This document shows positions 47,627 to 64,000 of a stretch of DNA of 64,000 bases, piece after piece. This DNA is from a bacterium. Lineage in GTDB: Bacteria > UBA8248. Position numbers and translations under genes: made by a program. Every line of letters begins with the position of its first letter. The stretch's first letter is position 1. Under the pieces are notes generated by a model that worked only from the letters and a program-made list of their open reading frames with translations, did no database searches and was not told the DNA's origin. The DNA lies in the NCBI GenBank assembly GCA_965213685.1, contig CBDBZY010000064.1, positions 864,001 through 928,000 of the forward strand, given 5' to 3'.

Positions 47627-48692
47627 AGTGCACCTGCCCTTTCCCTAGACATCACGTTTGAACAACTGAAGGACAATTAGAATGTCTTGTGTTATGTTAG
47701 TTTAGGATTCTGCTCTGTTTTTCTTACAACTGACATTTCTCAGTTATATCAAATATAAGGGTACTAAATGTGCATGAAGGTACTGGGTGTATCTACATGT
47801 GTGCCTGCGTATTGTTGTTACAAGGCTGCTAGGGAGAATTGCAATGTGCAAGCTGGAGTATGCAGGTATGTATTGGTGTTTGGAGGCTAGCAATTTTGCG
47901 GAGTAGGTGGTGTACCTTAATTCTGACAGACCTCACCTGCGAGGAAAAGGGTCTGGAGCCTAATGCATGTGTGTGCTGTTCCAGTAAGCCAATTGGAAGC
48001 AAGCTCCTGTCCGTCAGCTTTGTAACTATGACAACCTACTGCTTGTGTGGAAATCCTCTTGTATCCAGACCCCACCCTGATGTCACATGACTATGATAAA
48101 CCCAGACCACAAGAGGGTGGGGTCTGGGCACAAGACTACCTCTGAACAAGTGTTAATGCCAGTGACTTGTGTGGTCAATTTGGGTTTAAGTGACTTGAGA
48201 AACTGCTTCACCCATGATGCTAGCAGGTGTTGCCATGACAGCATGTTGACCATACAGGGGCGTAGGATCTTGATTGCATTGATTTTAGAACCAGAATTGG
48301 AATGTGCAACAGATTTCATAGTATAATATTTATATGCTTTTCACTGTCTCAATAGTCAGGTCTAATCCTTCCAGTAGACCATCTATTATCACTGAGAAAC
48401 ATACCAAAACGGTCCAAAAGAGGTTTTTGTCTGAACCACATACATGTACTTGAATGAACACCTAGACATTATGTAGTGACAGAGAACTCCAAGTTTATCA
48501 TTTTTATAGATGTTTATGCAATTTGACAACAGCTAGTGTGGTCAGTAGCAAATCACTCGGTCTACAGTAATTAATGGTCACATGACAGAATCATAGTGAT
48601 ATATACTACACCAGTTGTAGTGATAATGGATGAAAATAAAATGCTCACATTGAGAAATACAACACGTGTGAAGTGTGAGAGTGCAGTGCAGC

Positions 48693-51600
48693 CTAGTCTT
48701 CCACTCGGAGAGGGATCTCAATATTGTCCCACGATTGTGTCAAAAGTGGACTAACTGTACCTGAGCCTTTACTGTGCTCTGTGGGGAGAGAAGGGGGGAT
48801 GAAGTGGGAAGAGTGAAAGAGTGTTGTGGAGGTGGGATAGGGAGGTACACATAGACAGGCAGGGAGGAAGGTGGATTGCAAGTAAACATGCAGTCCTAAG
48901 TGTGTGCAATGCACACTAACCCTTGGTCTCCACTCTCAGACTGGACTGATTTGACTCCCCGGGGTTACTGATTCCTGACACACCCACGTCATTCTTAAGG
49001 TTAGAGGTCCCAAGTCCAGACTCCATTCCCACATTAGTATGGTCTCCAGACACTCCAGCAGCAGTCTGCCCTGCCACCGCTGGCTCAGCTCCCTCTCCAT
49101 TGACCTGAGGGGCAGCCTGGCTGCTGTCCGCAGTCCCACCATCTCTGACCGTTTCGGTGGTGGAGCTAGATGGCTGGGAGATTGGTGCAGGTGGAGAGGT
49201 CTTGCCATCGTTCCCAGTAGCAGCAGTGGTGTTGGGTGGAGGTGGAGGGGGTCTCTTTGGTGGAGCTAGGGAGACAGAGTGACCTTCACTATAATAATAA
49301 TAATAATTTCATATACTACAATACAGCAGTTTTTTCATGGGGGACAAATTTTCACGTTTTTTTGCAGTCAAGCAGCATCTGCGAAAATTTAACCCATGAA
49401 TAATTAGAACCCGTCCTAGAACCCACATGTACGTGTTGCCTGAAGTCCATCACAGAAGATAGTTCTTTGCACGGCACTCATCCACAATTGTCGATCAGTG
49501 TCCAAACAGAGCATGGGCATGCAAGTGCCAGCCCTACATTATATACATACGTACGTTCTGTACGTACATATACACATGCATAAAGCTAAGTCCAATTTTG
49601 CGGCACATGTTGCTGAGCGAAAATTAAACCCGCGAATAATTCCTAAAGCCAGTGGTCTTCACAAAAATTTAACGCCGTGAAAACCCCGCTATATTACGGT
49701 ATTAGGTATTTAGGCGTGTAGTGCAAGCCCAGCATCTTTCACACATGTTAGATAGGATAACCTACATGTACATGTATGGGAACCATTAATATTGGCTATT
49801 CTACAATTTATACATGTACCTATTCAACGAACTGACTTGCCCAAATATGCCTCACTACCTCACAAATGTGCAGAAAGGCCACAACACATGCACACATACA
49901 CATACATGTACATTGCATCTGCTACACTTCAGAGACCAAATATACAAAGAGTGCATGAGGTAAAGGAGCTCTCACCTAGTTTAGATTTAGAGCCAGCACG
50001 AGGCCGGTTTGACTCAGATGAGGAAGAACCTTGTTTAGTATCCTTACTGACTGGGAGGAGAGAGGCAGGGAGATAGGCAACCACACAGAAGTACACTGTA
50101 TGCACATGCATAAAGATGGCAAGTTCACATGTGCATGTACTTTGGCTTTTAAATACCAAGTGCATGCACACACACAAACACCTGAAACAAACACAATACC
50201 TAGAACTCAGAATATGGTGTATACAATTACATGTACATGTACATGCACATGTGGGTGTGACTGTCTTACCAGAGTTAGAGTTACTTGCTACTGGTAACTG
50301 TGAAGGTGTGGAGTGGGAGGTGGGAGGAGACTCAGATGTGGGAGGAGGTGACAGTGAGGAGAGGGAAGAAGCAGGTTCTGGGGATACTTCTGAGGGGGGC
50401 TGCCCTTGAGACAACTCTGTGGGTTGGGAGGGGGGAATGATCAACATGTACATGTACCACATACACAACATACATGTATATGTATGCCCTATGTATGCAT
50501 GAGGAAAGGCTGGGGAATATTTTTAGAGAACCATGAATAACCAGTAGCCACCCGGGATTGAACCGGGGCCTCTGACTTTAGCTGTCAGTGCTCTACCACC
50601 TGAGCTAAGGCCACCGGGTGACAGCCAGCCTTCACAATTCTCATGCACAGCCAGCCTTCACACTCCGCATGTGCCATTAGAATCCCGCTGCCTGGATCTG
50701 CAGCACATATGCATGTACACATACGTGAATAGATGTACACTCAAGAGCACATAAGAGAGACGACCATTTAACTCCCTGTACCGATGCACCTGTGGGGTTG
50801 GTGATACATGTGCCTCAAAGTGTATAAAAAGGGAATTTCAACCTGCAAGAAGTGGTATCCATGGAGAATAATAAATTTAAATTAGTACTAATAACTACAT
50901 GGACTTAAAGGCAACATTCCCACCCATTTCTCAACCAGGTGATCCACAACAGGAGCTTCAAGGGCCACCAGAGTGACTTCAGTGCCTGTAGCCACATGCC
51001 TACTTATCTCAGGCCATTAAGACTAGTCCAGAATCAACATCAGTAAGAGTACATACATGTACCTCTGTGTGTGTGACATGCATAAGCTCTTGCTACATGT
51101 AGTATCATATCTTATGCTCTGCAACAAGAGTCAAGGAGACAGTGAATGGTTGTCACCGTGAACATACATGTGGCTTCACACAATTCAATGGTGAAAGTTC
51201 TCCTCAAGTCCAAAACAATGAGGGGAAAGTGTCAACCTCAGCAGCAGTGAGAACACACACAATGCACCCACTCACTGAAAGTGAAATCCGGTCTGGGATG
51301 AGCCTGAGTGAGCCTGTACTAAAGCCATGCAGTGGTCTGCATGGAGTATATGTGACAGGTACACGACACTGTACATGTACAGGAGGGGTAAGCCTCAGAG
51401 GGGACAGTTGTTTGCCTGAGAGGCAGTTGGTTGAAAGGCACATGTAGTCGGCTGAGATGACAGGGGATCAGATCGTCCAGAGTGCAAGGGAAAGGTGAGC
51501 AGTATTGCACGTACGTGAGAGGGGCACCTTTTCAGGAAAAAGCTAAAAACAGCAACTATATTTAGATTCCAGGTGAGAGTACAGAGACGCGTTTCACCAC

Positions 51601-54600
51601 AAATATTTTCCTTCTCCCTGGTTAGGTACACAACAATGCCCAGCATCGCTCTAGTATACTTGAGAGGTTAGTTTGTCTAAATGCAGGGGAAGCTGGGTCC
51701 ACCTGTCCATTCTGAGCTTGGGGATGGTACCCTATACTACTGCTGTGGCCCTCATGTGGGAGTAGAGCAGCCCCAAGGGCCATTAACCAAACACTTTGTT
51801 TGGGTGGACAAGATCAACTTGTAGGCAGTTCTAAGAATGGCACAGAGTTTTGTGGTCAAATATGTACATAGACTAAAGTGATGTACATGTACATGTACAT
51901 GGGGTCAGTGGGATGCACAGCTGAGCAAGGGGAAGGCTTGTACTTACATGTGGTGTACAAGTAGAAAAGTGTACATGTAGGTACACGTAGATATAGGTAA
52001 TGAGAGCTGATGAGAGGAAAAGCAGGAGCAGGGCCACATGACTCAAAAAGATCTCACTTCACGGACTCCGGAATAGTATACCCAACCAGCACTATTAGTA
52101 GGATATACACACAATACCCGACAGCTGTTCAAATACCTTAGGGCAGTTCCAGTGCAGATACTCTGCCAGTTCAGCTGATAACCACATGCATTGCTGGGGC
52201 ACAAGAGGCCAGCACCACACAGCAGACAAAGAGGTGTGAAATCAAGACAATGTTATGTTATGTTATGTTGGCATGCACTTCACTCCGGACAATTAGCAGA
52301 CACATAGCAAGGATGAAAGAATAATCATCAGGCATTCTAAAGGAGGAAGGGGCAAGGCTATGCATGTGTTAGTTGTGGGACCTCCCCTTGCGGACTGGCC
52401 ATATGGCTAAACAGTCAGGTACAGATCATCAGAAGCAAGTACATTGTACTATACAACCCTTAGTAGCCACAAAGAGAGCAAGAGAGCTACACCTGTCATA
52501 GTATACCCTACAATAGCTACACAGCTTTCCAGGGAATGTGGTGGATAATGAACATCAAGCCCAAACACTTATTCTGTCCAACTGCAACAACATCTCTGAA
52601 TTTGAACAATACACGTGCAAACATGGTGCCAGTGGTATCGCCCTCCTTCCTCCTAGGCAAGCAATCAAGGAACTGGTGCCCAACTAGGATAGGGCTTGGT
52701 CCCCTCCTCATTCCTCTGTAGCACGGCCAGCCCTACCTTAACCGATTTCAGAAGAGACTAGCTCCGCCTCATCACAAAGTGATGGGAAGCAACAGCATGG
52801 ACCACCAGTTCAGTTGCTGCTACCTATCCACTTTTGACCAGATGACAATACTAATAACAAATGTACACGCCCGACTCCTTGCCAGCTTGTTCCAGCACTC
52901 CAACATCCAATCTACAACTGGCCATTCATGGGTGCCCAATGCACATACTCATGAAGTACTATCCATAGAGCCAGCGAATAGACTGAGCAGGTTTGCCTTG
53001 GTCACTGAAACAGGGTGAAGCAGCACCAGTTGTACACATGTAGTACTCATATGTGTAGCCACAGAGAATGCAGCACAGGTGTGGCACATGCACAAACCAC
53101 TTGTATGGCTCTACATCCACTTGTAACAGACAGAAAGGTTGATCTGCTAACTCCATGCAGACTGAAATTCTATTGGCCTCACCACTAGGCAGCCAGTATC
53201 ACAGAAGAGTGTCTGAAGGAGGATTCAACCAGGCTTCCCAGACTAGGGAGGAGCACCAGCCCTCACTGTGGCCTAGAGCACTGTCTGGGTTATTAATTAT
53301 CTTGTAGCAGAACAGGCCAGTGGCCCATCCCCTACTGTTGGGTGAGGGTCTGAAAGACTGGCCACCTGAAGTGGCAGCAGCTGCCATCAGATGCCCCTCC
53401 TAGCAGGGCTGTAGCTAGCACAGCAGTCACTATGTACTGCACTAGGGACCATGTGCACACTACAGCATAGTCCCACTAATGATGAGCAGGGCAGGTTTGG
53501 CTGACTACTACGCAGACCCAACCCAATAGGAATGTGTGTGCTACAACATCAACCAGCAGACACATGTCAACCACATAAAGTGGGAGCTAACTATCACTGA
53601 GTAGCAGGATCACCAATCCACGTACACAGAGAAAATGGGATGTACACATACAGCTGTACATGTACAGGTACAAATATTTGGTGGATAGAACACAAGTTTG
53701 AGTCTGTTCAACAACTGCACGTTAGTAGTGTGATATCGATCAGGACAGGCTGTACATAGTGACCCTTACATCCACTCGGGTGCCACACCCTTACGCACAT
53801 AGGGGAGGAGGATACCAATCTATTACAGTCTCACCTTTCGTGGCTGGAGGCTGAACAGGTCCATCTGGCAGATCTGCACGGAGAAAAGTACATGTACTTT
53901 TGAGGGCCACATGACTAGTCAGTCACAACTACTAGAGCTAACTACTGGCTTCAGATCACTGGAATGGAGTTGAGTCCTAAACTAACCAGCTACCTACATG
54001 ATCTCAACAAATGGGACAAACATGTACATGGTACTAGCGCCTTATTCAAACATTAGGTTGTGTGTTGCTACCATATGTGACTCAGTAGGAACCAGGTATG
54101 CTGACTAGCTGCTAGAGTGTGTAGCACAAAGGACATGTATGTACATACGCATGCCACAATACACAGGTAATCACAGCTACATGTGTGGAGCATTGTCTTA
54201 CTAGGAAGCATTGTAGTGCAGGCTGGACTGGCAGATGTGGAGTACTACTATACTTCTACCACTGTGGAGTCACTAGCCACATTGGACAACATCAATAGCA
54301 TGCTCTTTACACGTGTAGTGCTTCCATCCTGACAAGGTTTTCAGAAAGACTTATATTGTTTGTGGATGTGAGAGCTGCCCCCTGATACTGCTGGAAACAC
54401 CTGCCTACTGCTCCATAGTAGATGTAATTGGATATGAAACTTCTTACACAAACACTAGAAGATACACTTCTACCAGTGACAGATGTTCACATTACATGAT
54501 GCACATGTGCTGGTAGCAGCAGTCGCTCTGAAAATGAAGCATAAGATGAAGATGAGCACTACCATAAGCTACCAAGCTGTGTGACTATGAAGAACTAAGG

Positions 54601-55901
54601 CCAGCCATCTGTGCTGCATGTGCACGACGTGTAATGTCCATACTCCTGGAGCTGATGAGGCCTGCTATTGGCCAAAACACGTCCTGTGCATTGGGTGACT
54701 GTTTAACATAAAAGCCTGAGGGCCATTTGTGGCCTAGGGAGTTGTGGTTGTCAATTTATTTACTTTTCGTGAATCACATAGAGAAGGGGATCATGGTTAC
54801 CAGTCTCTGTAGCTGTGTTGGTGGTGCGAGAGGAGCCAGGGAGAGGAGGGGGCGGTGGAGGGATGGGCCGAGATGGAGGAGGAGGCCGTGCTGGGAGAAC
54901 TGAAGCAGTAGCAAGGTGAGAACAAAGAAACATACAATTCCACACATGTACAGTGCAGCAGTGCAGGCATAGCTTGTACCAAAAATTGAAAGATCACAAG
55001 CAAACATGAATTCACCTGAACACACATGTACAGCGTGTAGGGGAACAAATGCTTCACTCAGCAGGGGGCAAGACAACAGAGACACTACACCACTATTCCA
55101 ACTCTAGACCCATCACTGCTCGTGTACTGGTACTTGCATATGCATATGTATACCCACAATGCATGACCACAAAGTATGGATTGTAAGTGTCAATAGACTT
55201 AACTCTCCACTCTTTCACAACCCTGTATAGGTGAGGAATGAACACGGCCACTGGGCTATTATGTGCCCATAGACCACTAATGTGGTTTTGGCTACACTGC
55301 AGCTGTGTTTGCAGGCCATACATCCACTGGAGATGGTTCACAGCCCCATTGTCAGCATGGTGATTAGTGTCTTACACATGTATTAACACGCACACAATCA
55401 TCATAAGTGATTTCTACATGATCCAGATATCTGCCCATATGTCCATCCCTCCCCCTCCCCCCCACTCCATCCTGCCTGCCACTGCCCTCCTCCCCCCTTC
55501 CCTCGCTACTCACTGTTCTTCCTATCGTTCTTCTGGCTGGGGTATGTTCTTGCCCTATCCCTCCACTCATCGGGAGGAGGAAGGTCGGCACTGAAAGTGA
55601 ATCGGCTCAGGAAATCCACATCATCTGTGAAACAGAAGACTGCACATATCATCTCTGCACCTGGCTATCTCTTCAAGGAAAACAGTCAGTTTTATGAACA
55701 CAAATATATCCTACAAGCAGTGACTGAGATAGAGGAGAAGCAGTGGAATGAGAATACCCACTGCAAGTGTAGCTGCACTGCCTTTGGCACACGGTCAAGT
55801 TTATGCATATCGTCCTTTCCCAACGATGTAGCTGACTAGCGATACTCACCGAGCTCAGCTTGAGCCATCTCAGGATCATGATCTTGCTCGTCTGTTGCCA
55901 T
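48693..55901 (-). CDS. Proline-rich disordered protein (about 317 aa) with an N-terminal WIP/verprolin-type WASP-binding motif
   Basis: Exons 55901-55850, 55624-55514, 54899-54801, 53873-53835, 50416-50270, 50050-49976, 49265-48921 and 48778-48693, all phase-1 GT-AG, total 954 nt in frame. Exon 2 encodes DFLSRFTFSADLPPPDEWRDRARTYPS. Confidence 0.7.
49312..49701. mobile_element. Tc1/mariner-like MITE with gcgaaaatt subterminal repeats
   Basis: Ends in ...tattacggta; repeated aaaatt(t/a)aac(c/g)c motifs; left end degenerate. Confidence 0.45.
50498..50642 (-). repeat. tRNA-like interspersed repeat, copy 1 (cloverleaf 50544-50614)
   Basis: A-box tagctcaggtggtagagc and B-box ggttcaatcc; shares flanks with 57046-57192. 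Confidence 0.75.
54652..54683 (+). ncRNA. Degenerate minimal hammerhead ribozyme motif
   Basis: CUGAUGA GGCC ugcuauu GGCC AAAA CACG UC. G12 reads as A, consistent with CpG decay of GGCCGAAACGCGUC. Confidence 0.5.
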
Positions 55902-56205
55902 TTTCCAGTTGTGCGGATACGTCGCTCAGAACAGGATGCACCAGGCAGCAATGCGCTTACTCCCACCTGCTCCACGTGACCACAGAGAGCCCACGTAGCT
56001 AGCTAGCTACGTACGAGTACGTATGTACGACTGTGTATGCGCAGCAAAAAATCGTGGTTTCGCACGCACCATGTGCAACGTAGCTGCGGCAGTTGTAGGT
56101 CCCGTTCCCGGTCCGCCTGGGCGTGGGAGCCAGGGTGGTACCGCATGCGATTAAACTAAGCTCCACCCCGTACCCCGCCCATCCGAAGTCTAGCAGCGCT
56201 GCGAG
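55902..56205. promoter_or_regulatory. Bidirectional CpG-rich promoter between the WIP-motif gene and eIF2D
   Basis: 304 bp separate the divergent ATGs; CpG-rich with E-boxes (cacgtg) and a GC box (ccccgccc). Confidence 0.6.
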
Positions 56206-62949
<6,744 letters not shown>

Positions 62950-64000
62950 ACTCTTTAAAGTAGCCTTAATTATTTGAAATGCACTTGGTGTATTTGTGTG
63001 TGTTCATTTGCTTAATATATGTACTTACATAACAGTTAGTGCATAACTGCAGAGTATGGCACATAACTGCATTTTCGGTTTGGACAAGAAGGGAGAACTC
63101 TGGGAACATAAGTGGAAATGGGGCATGGAGATGATCTGTTTACATTAACAACATCTACAAAGGTCTCACAGACCCAAGACTTGTAGCTGTGTACGTTGTT
63201 GTATGCAGTGTTTGCAGCAATGTAGTCCACAGGGATGACTTGCAATTGCCAAGACTAGATATGTCGCAGGTTGTTGGGAAGAACATCATTTCCAGCTTCT
63301 CTGTCACCTGGCTGGGCCTTCTGCCTTAGTGCATTGTCACAGGGTAAGATAGATCACCCTCTGTCTAGAACATCCTGGGCAGTTGTTGTGAATAGGGGAA
63401 TGAAGTGAGTTGGTGGACTCCACTGTGGTGGCAGTGGAGATGTTTCCAATTTCTTCTGTTTGTTAATTTTGTAGCTGACGTGTACAATGATAACAGTACA
63501 CTTTACCAGATGTTTGTCTTCAAGCACTTCCACATAGATCCAAAAATACGCGGGCATGATCAAGCGTTGGAGAAGAGACTTGGCTGTCCGCAAGTTAGCA
63601 AGGCCGCCTCACTGCAGGTACGGTACGTGCGTTGCCATAGATATTCGGAGAGGTCAGAGTGCGGGTCCCTAATATCTTTTATAGCCTCTCTTCATGCCAT
63701 TCTTAAATACTCCAATCAATTTCATCCGTCTTCAAGTTCATTTGCTAGAAAGAAAAATTCGTGACTCACTACATGTACGTATATGTGGCTACTCACGTGA
63801 CGCGACTACAGCGCGCGCTAGCTAACGCCTAGCGGCATGCGCTCGCGAACGCTATGCATGCATACATACAGTTAGCGAGCGGCAGCGTGACAAAGCATAT
63901 CGCGCATGGCGATACAGCAAATCACCATTAAGTTCCTTTCTTTAATGTATTCTAGTGCTGTATATGTCGGTTAACGGAAGGTTAACCGAGGTTAACATAC

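Noticed and set aside
51870-52000. Dense tacatgta palindromes here and throughout introns
   Set aside because: Window-wide low-complexity background with no discrete structure; cannot assign a function.
52004-52030. ctgatgagaggaaa as a third hammerhead
   Set aside because: No stem II or stem III can form.

Overview
This is eukaryotic, intron-rich, repeat-rich animal DNA. A non-bilaterian, probably a demosponge, is inferred from the repeat families and gene types; it is not proven. Host genes I can reconstruct: a secreted Reeler-domain gene (partial, minus), a CABIT/Pro-rich/SAM adaptor resembling GAREM/THEMIS, a 4-exon Golgi carbohydrate sulfotransferase (CHST8-14 type), an intronless cysteine-dioxygenase-like cupin, a 5-exon beta-tubulin, an 8-exon proline-rich protein with a WIP-type WASP-binding motif at its N-terminus, and a 15-exon eIF2D head-to-head with it. 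Mobile DNA is abundant: CR1/L2-, RTE- and CRE-type non-LTR retroelements, an apparently intact intron-containing piggyBac, a dead intron-containing Merlin with an 8-bp TSD, several MITE families, tRNA-like repeats and two degenerate hammerhead ribozyme motifs. A pseudogene patchwork (multi-TM protein, ATP7 tail, CHST paralog) occupies 28-31.5 kb. The best candidates for something new are (1) the sulfotransferase carrying an Ig domain and mucin stalk, (2) the CDO-like gene with an altered active site, possible horizontal origin and a piggyBac between its ATG and putative promoter, (3) the N-terminal WIP-motif protein and (4) the spliced piggyBac transposase. All gene models were built by hand from GT-AG sites and reading-frame continuity; no database searches were run.
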